A stretch of 64,000 nt of DNA, taken from NCBI GenBank assembly GCA_964016885.1, contig OZ024752.1:47182001-47246000 (forward strand), in the 5' to 3' direction. Positions 25,689 through 39,600 of this stretch are shown one piece after another. This stretch comes from Eledone cirrhosa. Lineage: Eukaryota. The notes under the pieces were generated by a model, which saw only the letters and a program-made list of their open reading frames with translations, was not told where the DNA came from and searched no databases. Position numbers and translations under genes: made by a program. Position 1 is the stretch's first letter. Every line of letters starts with the position of its first letter.

Positions 25689-27030
25689 ATAACAGCAATT
25701 GATGAAATGAGATCAAATCCAGCAGCTGGATCTGATGGTTTCTCAGTAATCTTCCTAAAAATATGCAAGCGTACATTAGCAAAAGCACTGCAGATTCTCT
25801 TCCAAAGATCACTTGCAAGTGGTAAGCTATCCGGAAAACTAAAAGAAGGCATATGTCCTATCCATAAAGAAGGAAGCAGAGCAGATACTAAAAACTACAG
25901 ACCTGTCTCCCTGACCTCACATATCAGCAATGTCATGGAATAAATCATTGATACTCAGCATGGCTTTTACTCAGGTAGAAGCTGTCTTACGCAGCTCCAA
26001 CAGCATTATGACTGGATACTCAAACAGCTGCTAAACCGACGTTGCAAACGCCTTCGACAAGGTTGATAATGGAATGATATGTCATAAAATACATAACTTT
26101 GGCATAGCTGGAAAACTAGCTGAATGGCTTCATGACTTCTTAAAAGACAGAAACCAGACTGTTGCAGCCAACTGGGCCCTCTCAAAGGAAACATTAATAA
26201 CAAGTGGCATGCCCCAGGGAACCATCTTGGGGCCACTACTGTTTGTGGTGGCTCTCTCAGACATGGCCTCTGTAATACGGACAGCCTCCCTCATAAGCTA
26301 TGCTGGTGACACGAAAGTAGTGCAGGCAATCAAGAAACTGGCTGATGCTGTTCTCTTACAGCAAGATTTAGATGCCATATATGGATGGACTGAAGATAAC
26401 AATATACAATTGAATGCAGGTAAGTTTCAAACCCTCTGCTATCAACCCCCAAATGTAGGACCACCATAACAAAGAAACACTGAGCAATAATGTATTGTTT
26501 CATGCACACATCCCCAAACGACAGCAATGTACAGCAACTGGCGGGATAGATTCTGAGGACATTCAGGATAAGAGACCTGGAAACCATGTTGGTCCTCTGG
26601 AGAACTTTTGTCCTCAGTCGACTGGACTATTGCTCTCAGATGTGGTCACCGACAGTGTCAAACTAACCACAGAAGCAATCCAAGAAAGCTACACCAAGAG
26701 GATTGCCTCAATGAAAGAGATGAGCTACTGGGAAAGGCTGAAAAAACTAAAGCTTTACTCCCTGGAGCGGAGACAAGACAGATATGCAGTGATATACTTA
26801 TGGAAGATTCTGGAAGGGTTAGCAAAAAACTTTGGCATTGAAGGCAGGACTAGTCCATGAACAGGATGCCACTGTGTAGTACAAAAGGTCCCATCTGTTG
26901 CATCAAGAATAAGGACCACATACTGCAATAGCCTGGGGTTCAAGGGATCTCAGTTTTTTAATAAACTGCCAAAGAGTCTGAAAGATCTGCATGGTGTGCA
27001 CATGGATATTTTCAAGAGACATCTCGACAT
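25689..27030 (+). mobile_element. CR1/L2-group LINE reverse transcriptase fragment (decayed)
   Basis: NYRPVSLTS, QHGF..GRSC, SGMPQGTILGPLLF, YAGDTK, SYWERLKKLKLYSLERR; frameshifts and stops. Confidence 0.88.
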
Positions 27031-27295
27031 TACAGTGTGTATTGAGTGCGTTTATTGTGTAGATTGCCAACACTAAGGAGGTTGTCATATCCTTGACATG
27101 ACTGAAGGATCCTCTTGACCCTTTATTTTGGTAGGCTTTCTATAGCTGGGTGCCCTTACTATCACCAACCATTTTACAGCATGTACTAAGTGTGTTTATT
27201 GTATAAATTTAAAAATCAACATCGAAATAGTCATACATGAATTTTTCAATATATCTCTATTACGACATTTGTATTTTCATTTCTCTATTTTCTAG

Positions 27296-28030
27296 GCTGC
27301 AATAATGCTTCTTAAAAAAATGAAATGGATTTATCATGGAATCCTCTACTCTGATAATGAATACGGATATGAAATGGCTAATATTTTGGAAACAGCTGCA
27401 AAAAGTCACAACATCTGTTTTTCAATAAAGAAACCTTTTTCAGTGAAAGTATTGAATGAGATAAAAAACTTTCAAGAAAGCTTTTACAGTGGCATGATAT
27501 ACGTTGGTGAAATGAAAGACATAGGATCTTTTCTTGAGAACCAGAAATGGTGCTGGATAATTTTAGATATATCAGGGAAAATAATACAACATAATTTTAA
27601 AAAATTATCCAATATGACAAGCTTATATGTAATTTCTTCATTAAATTCAAACAACAAAGAGTTCCTGGATTATTTGAAAAGTGCACAAACTTTGATTTCT
27701 TCAAAACACAATGATTCTCTTTTTCATTGGATAAGAAACCTATTTAGAACAATAAAGAAAATCCCTTCAAAATATATCTTTTACAATGAACACATAGGAA
27801 TTAATATCAGAGAAATAGTGGAGTCTGTTTATATTATTGCCATGGCTAAACGAAAGGAATGTAAACTGGATAAATGCTCAACTTACTTAAATGCTGAAAC
27901 TCTGAAAAGTATCATTACTGTTAATGATCAGACGGTTCCAAACTGCTTTTCAAAAGATCGATTGGGTTTAAAAGCAAACACATCAGACATTTTGCATGTT
28001 TATTCTTATAAAGAAGGTATTTTCAAAAAG
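27296..28030 (+). CDS. Tandem-VFT receptor exon 4 (VFT1 lobe 2)
   Basis: AAIMLLKKMKWIYHGILYSDNEYG..ICF..EGIFKK; 735 nt open; tag| and |gttagc; phases 0/0. Confidence 0.88.
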
Positions 28031-28538
28031 GTTAGCATATTGTTGTTGTTGTTTAACACTGGGTAAATCCTGATTGTGTAGACCAGAGGTTCTCAAACTG
28101 TTTGCCCCCCCCCCCCATTTCCAGAGAGACCTACATCATCATCATCGCTTAACGTCCATCTTCCACACTAGCAAGGGTTAGACGGTTTTGTTCCATTTGA
28201 AGCAGGAATGGTTGGGAGACCGCGTCTCACTCGTACGGAAGTGTCTCTGACAGTTTTTTTTTTACAGCTGGATGCCCTTCCTAACACCAACCACATTTAC
28301 AGTGTGGACTGGGAGCCTTTTTACTGCGTCTCCTACACGACCACCTTACAGTGTGGACTGTTGTGTCATCGACACAGTGGATGGAACAGAAATGGAAGGA
28401 TGGGGTGGGGTGTATATTGGGTTAAGAGGTGCCTACTGACTGTAGGTTTGTATGCAATGGCAGTCGGGTCTTCTGTACAACTGCATGGCGCCAAAGGTCT
28501 TGATCCAGTGTCATTGTAAATGATATATAATAAATAAT

Positions 28539-30616
28539 TGTTTCTACTTTTGGCACAAGGCCAGCAATTATTCCAGTGCATTACTGGTACTTTATATAAT
28601 AAATATGATATATAATAAATAATATAATATATCCTATGTATAAATTGTTTCTACTTTTGACACAAGACCAGCAATTATTCCAGTGCATTACTGGTACTTT
28701 ATATAATAAATATGATATATAATAAATAATATAATATATCCTATGTATAAATTGTTTCTACTTTTGACACAAGACCAACAATTATCCCAGTGCATTACTG
28801 GTACTTTATATAATAAATATGATATATAATAAATAATATAATATATCCTATGTATAAATTGTTTCTACTTTTGACACAAGACCAGCAATTATCCCAGTGC
28901 ATTACTGGTACTTTATATAATAAATATGATATATAATAAATAATATAATATATCCTATGTATAAATTGTTTCTACTTTTGACACAAGACCAACAATTATC
29001 CCAGTGCATTACTGGTACTTTATATAATAAATATGATATATAATAAATAATATAATATATCCTATGTATAAATTGTTTCTACTTTTGACACAAGACCAGC
29101 AATTATCCCAGTGCATTACTGGTACTTTATATAATAAATATGATATATAATAAATAATATAATATATCCTATGTATAAATTGTTTCTACTTTTGACACAA
29201 GACCAACAATTATCCCAGTGCATTACTGGTACTTTATATAATAAATATGATATATAATAAATAATATAATATATCCTATGTATAAATTGTTTCTACTTTT
29301 GACACAAGACCAGCAATTATCCCAGTGCATTACTGGTACTTTATATAATAAATAATATAATATATCCTATGTATAAATTGTTTCTACTTTTGACACAAGA
29401 CCAGCAATTATCCCAGTGCATTACTGGTACTTTATATAATAAATATGATATATAATAAATAATATAATATATCCTATGTATAAATTGTTTCTACTTTTGA
29501 CACAAGACCAGCAATTATCCCAGTGCATTACTGGTACTTTATATAATAAATAATATAATAAATATGATATATAATAAATAATATAATATATCCTATGTAT
29601 AAATTGTTTCTACTTTTGACACAAGACCAACAATTATCCCAGTGCATTACTGGTACTTTATATAATAAATATGATATATAATAAATAATATAATATATCC
29701 TATGTATAAATTGTTTCTACTTTTGACACAAGACCAGCAATTATCCCAGTGCATTACTGGTACTTTATATAATAAATATGATATATAATAAATAATATAA
29801 TATATCCTATGTATAAATTGTTTCTACTTTTGACACAAGACCAACAATTATCCCAGTGCATTACTGGTACTTTATATAATAAATATGATATATAATAAAT
29901 AATATAATATATCCTATGTATAAATTGTTTCTACTTTTGACACAAGACCAGCAATTATCCCAGTGCATTACTGGTACTTTATATAATAAATAATATAATA
30001 TATCCTATGTATAAATTGTTTCTACTTTTGACACAAGACCAGCAATTATCCCAGTGCATTACTGGTACTTTATATAATAAATATGATATATAATAAATAA
30101 TATAATATATCCTATGTATAAATTGTTTCTACTTTTGACACAAGACCAGCAATTATCCCAGTGCATTACTGGTACTTTATATAATAAATAATATAATATA
30201 TCCTATGTATAAATTGTTTCTACTTTTGACACAAGACCAGCAATTATCCCAGTGCATTACTGGTACTTTATATAATAAATATGATATATAATAAATAATA
30301 TAATATATCCTATGTATAAATTGTTTCTACTTTTGACACAAGACCAGCAATTATCCCAGTGCATTACTGGTACTTTATATAATAAATAATATAATAAATA
30401 TGATATATAATAAATAATATAATATATCCTATGTATAAATTGTTTCTACTTTTGACACAAGACCAGCAATTATCCCAGTGCATTACTGGTACTTTATATA
30501 ATAAATAATATAATAAATATGATATATAATAAATAATATAATATATCCTATGTATAAATTGTTTCTACTTTTGACACAAGACCAGCAATTATCCCAGTGC
30601 ATTACTGGTACTTTAT
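28539..30616. repeat. Tandem array, ~107-bp unit, about 19-20 copies, SINE-derived
   Basis: Unit spacing 28645 to 28752; contains the SINE segment CAAGACCAGCAATTATCCCAGTGCATTACTGGTACTTTA. Confidence 0.95.
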
Positions 30617-30772
30617 AGAAACCAATAGCGAAAACTGACTGCAAAAGCATTTCAAGTAACATCCCAACGACTGGCTGCACAAATTGTGGCAAGATTATGA
30701 TGATGATGCTGATCTGCATATGATGACTTCAAGTTGTTATTAACATTATTTTTACTGTTGTCTATATTTCAG

Positions 30773-30996
30773 GTTGGTGACTATTTTCATAATAAGACTT
30801 TGATATTAAAATCCTCTGAGGAAGACAAGACTGAAATTCTATCAACTTTTAAACCAGTCAAAGAATATTCCCGAATATGTTCTGAAAATGCACCAGTTTA
30901 TTTGGATAATATCCTATACATTCCAGGGGACATCATAATTTTAGGAGTGTTCTCATTGCATAACACTGGTTATGGTTTTAATTGTGGTAGTAAAAG
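30773..30996 (+). CDS. Tandem-VFT receptor exon 5 (end of VFT1, start of VFT2)
   Basis: VGDY..C..YIPGDIIILGVFSLH..FNCG, the class C PGDI(I)LGGLFxxH..C start motif; phases 0/2. Confidence 0.88.
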
Positions 30997-31631
30997 GTTA
31001 GTTCTTGTTCTTCTCCTCCTCCTCCTCCTCCAAGCAAGACCAGCCGACCTCATCGATGTTATCAACCATCTTACTCGGAAGTCTACCCCTGTGTCTCCTG
31101 CCGGTTGGTTTTGCCCGTAAAATCTGTCCAGTGATTCTTTCCTGAGATATTCGAACCACACACTTTACAGAGTGTACTGGGTGCAAGATAAATCCTATCA
31201 CAAGTACTTCCACTTTACAGAGTGTACTGGGTACAAGATAAATCCTGGCACCAACACTTTACAGAGAGTACTGGGTGCAAGATAAATCTTAGTACCAGCA
31301 CTATCACTTTACAAAGTGTACTGGGTGCAAGATAAATCCTGGCACCAACACTTTACAGAGTGTACTGGGTGCAAGATAACTCTTAGTACCAGCAATATCA
31401 CTTTACAGAGTGTACTGCGTACAAGATAAAAATACCAGCACTATCACTTTACAGAGTGTACTGGGTACAAGATGAATCTTAGTACCAGCACTTTCACTTT
31501 ACAGAACATGCTGGGTTCATTTCATAATAACACCAACACAAACACTATACAGTGTGTACCGGATGAATTTCAATGTGGTACAAGCATATTTTTTGATTAT
31601 TTGAAATAATTCTTATTTTTATTATTTCTAG

Positions 31632-32859
31632 GAAATCAAACAATGATGACATTTCTGGAGAGGCTTTTCTCTATTCTATCAACAAATCAAAAATAATCAA
31701 GGATGGCATTAAACTTGGAGCTCTGCTGATGGATGATTGTTACAACCCATTGCGCATTTCTTTAAATATTACTAGTATTCTCGCTGGTGAAATAAATATC
31801 ATGGATTCTAATACTTGCCAAAAAATTTCTCCATCAAAGATTGTAGGTGTTATTGGCTCTCTCTCAAGTTCTGTTACAAAAGCTATGGCTGATATATTCA
31901 TGTTGTATAAAATACCAGTCATTTCTTATGCAGCTTCATCTGTAGACCTAGATGATCGAATTTCATATCCTTATTTCCTCCGAACCGTTCCAAGCGACAT
32001 TCTGCAAGTAAAAGGTATAATTGAAATTTTGAAACATTTTAGATGGAATTATGTAGGGCTAATTTATGCTGACAACAACTATGGACTTAAAGCTAAAGAG
32101 CTTTTACTTGCATCTGCGATGCAAAATGGGATATGTATCTATCCATTTAATCCCATTGCTGAAAGTGAAGAAAAAACCAATTACAATGAATTTGATGAAA
32201 TATTTTCTACTTCCTTACTGAAAGATATTACAATCCTGATATACTTTGGTACAAGTTCTCGTACACTAGATCTTCTTCAATCTTTGGAAAATAGAAAAAT
32301 GGATAATTATTTTACTTTTATTGGGAGTGATGCATGGGGAAAAAATGATTTGATTTTAAATTATGGTCATGTATTTATGGGGTCTATCATTACTGCAATC
32401 GATAATTCAAGACTGGTTGAACGCAATGAGGAATTAAGTTTCAAAAACTATTTAAAAAATAGGCTTGCAAATTTAAAGTACTTAAAGAACACATACTTTA
32501 ATTATTTTTGGAAGGAGGAATATATGTGCCGTCTGTTAGGAAATGCTTTTCCATGTAGAGGGAAAGACTTGTCTAATGAGGCAATTGATTCTTATCTAAA
32601 TGATCATAGAATTATTCAAACAATGAATTCAGTTTATGCTATACGCAATGGAATAAAGAAATTGATTGAAGAAGAATGTGATGGAAATATTTGCAATAAA
32701 TTTTCAACCAAAGTTGATGAATTAATTTCAATTATTAAAAAAACTGAAATATCAAGCTATTTAGACACTGCCAAAATGTTTGATGCTCATGGAAATGGAT
32801 TGGTTGGTTTCCAGTTCTACAACTTACAGAAATATGGTAACAAGTACATATTCAAGGAA
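31632..32859 (+). CDS. Tandem-VFT receptor exon 6 (VFT2, mGluR/CaSR-like ANF_receptor domain)
   Basis: EAFLYSINK, LGALLMDDC, VGVIGSLSSSVT, IPVISYAASSVDLDDRISYPYFLRTVPSD, WNYVGLIY..NYG, IGSDAWG, NSVYAI, FDAHGNG; phases 2/0. Confidence 0.95.
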
Positions 32860-32914
32860 GTAAGTAGTAAATTCTTTAATATTTTGATTTTTGTTTTACA
32901 TTTTACATTAAAAA

Positions 32915-33304
32915 TCTTAACTATAATAAAGAAAGGAGTTGGATTACTTTGAATAAATAATGAATGAATATTACATAATTTATCTACTAAATTTTGTAAC
33001 TCTTGATTAAATATAAAGATTCACTTTTTTTTAATTTTCAAATGTCAACACTTCCGGTTAGCGGCTGTTATATTATAACACTTATAAAAACATTGCATAT
33101 ATTTCTGTCGCTAATTTTCTCCTAGTGCAGTTTATATATAATATTGTCTTTTTTAAATGTATCATGGATTACGTTTCTGATTACGGAAGACAGTGTAACG
33201 CAGTCTCTCTTTAATTTCTGTGTATATTGTCAATTACAATTTTATTTGACATATCATATCTACATGCTAGCAGTAAACCACCCAAAGGGTGGTTTTTCTG
33301 CTAG
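32915..33304 (+). mobile_element. Non-autonomous Helitron
   Basis: A|TCTTAACTATAATAAAG start; ACCACCC-AAA-GGGTGGT hairpin; CTAG|T end. Confidence 0.75.
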
Positions 33305-33918
33305 TATTTATAATGTTAAAACTGTTTTAGAAAAGCCTGTGCAAAGCAAGTTAGAAATAAAAGAGTGAAAAAAGAAGTGAAATAAAACAAAACAAAACAA
33401 CAGTTTATACTTTTACTTTATATTTTGGAGGTTAAAATGGTGCATGATGGGAGTGACAAGTTGTTTTCAGATTTTTGGTGATGAGATGAGGGTTAGGTGA
33501 CATGCACAGATTGGTATTGACTGCTGTTCTTCCATAAACAACTTACACTTAATTTGCATTCAAATTGAATGCACATTTTAAATGAAGATTATTTTAACTT
33601 AATATTTACACTATCATATCTCTAATGAAAGACACTGTCTAAAATTTCCAAATAATTTTGAAAATAATGTATCTAACTTTCTTATTAAGCTGGTGTTTGG
33701 AACATAACTTAACAATTATGGTGATATATTCTTAGATAAATATAAACACTTTAAAACAGTTTTGCATTATAGAACCATCAGCAGTTTTAAGCAGTTTGGT
33801 ATCAAAAGTGTTAACAAAATTCTTACATGAAATTATGATAGAAGGTTTTTAGATAAATATAAACAGTTCAAAACATAGTTTTATATTGTAAGGAGTACTT
33901 ACTTAGACTTAGAAGCTC

Positions 33919-34335
33919 CCCACATCTTGAGACACATAAAGCAGCCAAAGTGCTCCAATGACCATGGTCAGTTACATCTATCAATACATCCCACATCTTG
34001 AGACACATGAGGCAGCCAAAGTGCTCCAATGACCACGGTCAGTTACATCTATCAATACATCCCACATCTTGAGACACATGAGGCAGCCAAAGTGCTCCAA
34101 TGACCATGGTCAGTTACATCTATCAATACATCCCACATCTTGAGACACATGAGGCAGCCAAAGTGCTCCAATGACCACGGTCAGTTACATCTATCAATAC
34201 ATCTCATGTCTTGAGACACACGAGGCAGCCAAAGTGTTCCAATGACCACGGTCAGTTACATCTATCAATACACCTCATGTCTTGAGACACACAAGGCTGT
34301 CAAAATGTTCCAATGACCACAGTCAGTTGCATCTA
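33919..34335. repeat. Tandem array, 71-bp unit, about 6 copies, at an RTE 3' end
   Basis: Spacing 33919 to 33990. Confidence 0.9.
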
Positions 34336-34344
34336 ACAGTTCAT

Positions 34345-35300
34345 TATTTCAACTTTTGTTGATGGGTTTCAGGTCTCAGTCGATTGTTTGCCACCAGTTC
34401 ATCTTGGGACATCCTCTTTGCCTCTTTCCATGGGGGGGTGTACCAATACAGGACCTGGTTAACACGTCGTTTACTTGTGAGTTGTGTAACGTGTCCCAAC
34501 CAGTCAAGTTGACACTTGTACATGATGTTAGATACACGTTGGTGGGCTTGTTGACAGACTTCTTTCTTGGTGATAAAGTCATCCCACCCGATGCCAAAGA
34601 TTTTCCATAATTATTTGGTGATAAAAGCATCTAATTAGTTTCCCTGGCTGGTCTTCACATTCCATGTTTCGCACCCATACAGGAGCATTGAAAGCACATT
34701 ACTGTTGTAAAATCTCATCCTGGTATCAAGCAAAAGTGTTTTGCTTCTCCAGATCTTATGAAGTTGCTTAAAGGCAGCCAAAGCTTTGCCTATTCTGCAA
34801 TTAATTTCTTTCACACTGTTCCTATTTCTGATGATAGAGCTTCTGAGGTAGGTGAAGTCATCCATGACCTTCACATTCTCTTGATTAAAGTATGTACATG
34901 TTTGTTGATGATGGATAATTACTAATTAGCATGCTCTTGGTCTTTTGATACTGATGTGCAGACCGATGTTGGTTGCAGATAACCCTATCTCATTTATAAG
35001 ATACTGCAAGACAAATGTAATTTTGGCTATAGCTGCAATATCATCTGCAAAGTCAAAGTCTGAGAGCTTCTGTTCCTCTAACTAGTCAATCCCCTTGTCT
35101 TCTGTTGCCCTTTTGAGAATCCAATTGATGGCCAAAGCAAAGAGAATCAGAGACAGAGGTTATCCTTGGTGCACTCCTGTGATGACCTCAAACCACTCCT
35201 GTGATGACCTCAAACCACTCACTGTAGCCATCCACAGTTCTTATGCAGCATTTTCAACTGGTATATAAATCCTTGATGGCTGAGACAACCTTGGATGGCT
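34345..35300 (-). mobile_element. RTE LINE RT fragment
   Basis: DFADDIA, FTYLRS, RFYNSNVLSMLLYGCETW. Confidence 0.85.
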
Positions 35301-35482
35301 TGCTCTGTTGTTTCATACAATTTGGCATCAAAAGAGTTAACAAAGGATTTTTATGGAAGCTTTCATATAAATATTAAATCTTTAAAACAAACAGTTTTGT
35401 ATCATAAAAGGGGTGGAATGGATCAGGACGTTGGGTACCAAAAAAGTTAAAAATTAATTATGTCTTCATTTGTCTTTTTTAG

Positions 35483-35747
35483 GTTGGTTCATATAATAAC
35501 AACAGCGGTCTTGTCGTTGATGATAAAAATATAAAATTTTATACTCATGACAACAAAGAAATACCAAAACTTGAAACTAATTGTCCCAAAGCTTTAGAAT
35601 GTTGCAAATCGAAAACAAACAGCGAGGAAACACATGTTCTGCAAAACAGCAGCAGTATAATTCAAACTATTGTAATTCCATTTGTAGTTTTTCTGCTTTT
35701 CTGTTTAATTTTAGGTGCTGCATTGTTGTACAGAAAATATAAGCGTG
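35483..35747 (+). CDS. Tandem-VFT receptor exon 7 (short Cys linker and single TM helix)
   Basis: VGSYNNNSGL..NCPKALECCK..IIQTIVIPFVVFLLFCLILGAALLYRKYKR; tttttag| and G|gtaagc; phases 0/1. Confidence 0.85.
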
Positions 35748-35774
35748 GTAAGCATTCTTTTTCTTCTTATTTGC

Positions 35775-36455
35775 CCACTTATTCCAGAGAGGGTCATGGG
35801 ACATTCCTCAAACACTTGTTTGATGTGCAATGTAAGTGTGTGAGAGAAAGGCAGAGCTTAGACCAGAGCTGAAATGACTCTTCCACACAGTTATTCTTTT
35901 CTTCATCCACTTATTCCAGAGAGGGTCATGGGACATTCCTCAAACACTTGTTTGATGTGCAATGTAAGTGTGTGAGAGAAAGACAGAGCTTAGACCAGAG
36001 CTGAAATGACTCTTCCACACAGTTATTCTTTTCTTCATCCACTTATTCCAGAGAGGGTCATGGGACATTCCTCAAACACTTGTTTGATGTGCAATGTAAG
36101 TGTGTGAGAGAAAGGCAGAGCTTAGACCAGAGCTGAAATGACTCTTCCACACAGTTATTCTTTTCTTCATCCACTTATTCCAGAGAGGGTCATGGGACAT
36201 TCCTCAAACACTTGTTTGATGTGCAATGTAAGTGTGTGAGAGAAAGGCAGAGCTTAGACCAGAGCTGAAATGACTCTTCCACACAGTTATTCTTTTCTTC
36301 ATCCACTTATTCCAGAGAGGGTCATGGGACATTCCTCAAACACTTGTTTGATGTGCAATGTAAGTGTGTGAGAGAAAGACAGAGCTTAGACCAGAGCTGA
36401 AATGACTCTTCCACACAGTTATTCTTTTCTTCATCCACTTATTCCAGAGAGGGTC
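35775..36455. repeat. Tandem array, 132-bp unit, about 5 copies, spanning a LINE-LINE junction
   Basis: Units start at 35775, 35907, 36039, 36171, 36303, 36435. Confidence 0.92.
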
Positions 36456-36684
36456 GGGGGATGGAGTCCTCAAACACTCCTTCCAGCGGGTCCTGCCAGA
36501 AGCAACCGTCCCCAACTGACCTGGCTGGATCCCTAAGCATGACCAACCAAACTCATGGATGTTATCCAACCATCTTCATCGAGGTCTACCCCTGGGTCTC
36601 CTGCCGGTTGGTTTTGTCCATAAAATCTGTCCAGCGATTCTTTCCTGCCCATAGTATCGGAGCTGTGATCTTTCAATTCGAAGG

Positions 36685-39600
36685 AGTAGCAGCTCTACCT
36701 GGAGCGACTCTCTGATCTCCAAGCCACACACTCTATCAAATAACGTTACTCTAAAGACATTTCAGAAGTAGCAGCTCTACCTGGAGAGACTCTCTGATCT
36801 CCAAGCCACACACTCTATCAAATAACGTTACTCTAAAGACATTTCAGAAGTAGCAGCTCTACCTGGAGCGACTCTCTGATCTCCAAGCCACACACTCTAT
36901 CAAATAACGTTACTCTAAAGACATTTCAGAAGTAGCAGCTCTACCTGGAGTGACTCTCTGATCTCCAAGCCACACACTCTATCAAATAACGTTACTCTAA
37001 AGACATTTCAGAAGTAGCAGCTCTACCTGGAGTGACTCTCTGATCTCCAAGCCACACACTCTATCAAATAACGTTACTCTAAAGACATTTCAGAAGTAGC
37101 AGCTCTACCTGGAGTGACTCTCTGATCTCCAAGCCACACACTCTATCAAATAATGTTACTCTAAAGACATTTCAGAAGTAGCAGCTCTACCTAGAGTGAC
37201 TCTCTGATCTCCAAGCCACACACTCTATCAAATAATGTTACTCTAAAGACATTTCAGAAGTAGCAGCTCTACCTGGAGTGACTCTCTGATCTCCAAGCCA
37301 CACACTCTATCAAATAACGTTACTCTAAAGACATTTCAGAAGTAGCAGCTCTACCTAGAGTGACTCTCTGATCTCCAAGCCACACACTCTATCAAATAAT
37401 GTTACTCTAAAGACATTTCAGAAGTAGCAGCTCTACCTGGAGTGACTCTCTGATCTCCAAGCCACACACTCTATCAAATAACGTTACTCTAAAGACATTT
37501 CAGAAGTAGCAGCTCTACCTAGAGTGACTCTCTGATCTCCAAGCCACACACTCTATCAAATAACGTTACTCTAAAGACATTTCAGAAGTAGCAGCTCTAC
37601 CTGGAGTGACTCTCTGATCTCCAAGCCACACACTCTATCAAATAACGTTACTCTAAAGACATTTCAGAAGTAGCAGCTCTACCTGGAGTGACTCTCTGAT
37701 CTCCAAGCCACACACTCTATCAAATAACGTTACTCTAAAGACATTACAGAAGTAGCAGCTCTACCTGGAGAGACTCTCTGATCTCCAAGCCACACACTCT
37801 ATCAAATAACGTTACTCTAAAGACATTTCAGAAGTAGCAGCTCTACCTGGAGTGACTCTCTGATCTCCAAGCCACACACTCTATCAAATAACGTTACTCT
37901 AAAGACATTTCAGAAGTAGCAGCTCTACCTGGAGCGACTCTCTGATCTCCAAGCCACACACTCTATCAAATAACGTTACTCTAAAGACATTTCAGAAGTA
38001 GCAGCTCTACCTGGAGCGACTCTCTGATCTCCAAGCCACACACTCTATCAAATAATGTTACTCTAAAGACATTTCAGAAGTAGCAGCTCTACCTGGAGCG
38101 ACTCTCTGATCTCCAAGCCACACACTCTATCAAATAACGTTACTCTAAAGACATTTCAGAAGTAGCAGCTCTACCTGGAGAGACTCTCTGATCTCCAAGC
38201 CACACACTCTATCAAATAACGTTACTCTAAAGACATTTCAGAAGTAGCAGCTCTACCTGGAGTGACTCTCTGATCTCCAAGCCACACACTCTATCAAATA
38301 ACGTTACTCTAAAGACATTACAGAAGTAGCAGCTCTACCTGGAGTGACTCTCTGATCTCCAAGCCACACACTCTATCAAATAACGTTACTCTAAAGACAT
38401 TTCAGAAGTAGCAGCTCTACCTGGAGCGACTCTCTGATCTCCAAGCCACACTCTATCAAATAACGTTACTCTAAAGACATTTCAGAAGTAGCAGCTCTAC
38501 CTGGAGCGACTCTCTGATCTCCAAGCCACACACTCTATCAAATAACGTTACTCTAAAGACATTTCAGAAGTAGCAGCTCTACCTGGAGTGACTCTCTGAT
38601 CTCCAAGCCACACACTCTATCAAATAACGTTACTCTAAAGACATTTCAGAAGTAGCAGCTCTACCTGGAGTGACTCTCTGATCTCCAAGCCACACACTCT
38701 ATCAAATAACGTTACTCTAAAGACATTTCAGAAGTAGCAGCTCTACCTGGAGTGACTCTCTGATCTCCAAGCCACACACTCTATCAAATAACGTTACTCT
38801 AAAGAAATTTCAGAAGTAGCAGCTCTACCTGGAGCGACTCTCTGATCTCCAAGCCACACACTCTATCAAATAATGTTACTCTAAAGACATTTCAGAAGTA
38901 GCAGCTCTACCTGGAGTGACTCTCTGATCTCCAAGCCACACACTCTATCAAATAACGTTACTCTAAAGACATTTCAGAAGTAGCAGCTCTACCTGGAGTG
39001 ACTCTCTGATCTCCAAGCCACACACTCTATCAAATAATGTTACTCTAAAGACATTTCAGAAGTAGCAGCTCTACCTGGAGTGACTCTCTGATCTCCAAGC
39101 CACACACTCTATCAAATAATGTTACTCTAAAGACATTTCAGAAGTAGCAGCTCTACCTGGAGCGACTCTCTGATCTCCAAGCCACACACTCTATCAAATA
39201 ACGTTACTCTAAAGACATTTCAGAAGTAGCAGCTCTACCTGGAGCGACTCTCTGATCTCCAAGCCACACACTCTATCAAATAATGTTACTCTAAAGACAT
39301 TTCAGAAGTAGCAGCTCTACCTGGAGTGACTCTCTGATCTCCAAGCCACACACTCTATCAAATAACGTTACTCTAAAGACATTTCAGAAGTAGCAGCTCT
39401 ACCTGGAGTGACTCTCTGATCTCCAAGCCACACACTCTATCAAATAACGTTACTCTAAAGACATTTCAGAAGTAGCAGCTCTACCTAGAGTGACTCTCTG
39501 ATCTCCAAGCCACACACTCTATCAAATAACGTTACTCTAAAGACATTTCAGAAGTAGCAGCTCTACCTGGAGTGACTCTCTGATCTCCAAGCCACACACT

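Noticed and set aside
31729-32952. Calling this ORF a metabotropic glutamate receptor
   Set aside because: It is one internal exon; the R78 equivalent is missing and no nine-Cys or 7TM exons were found
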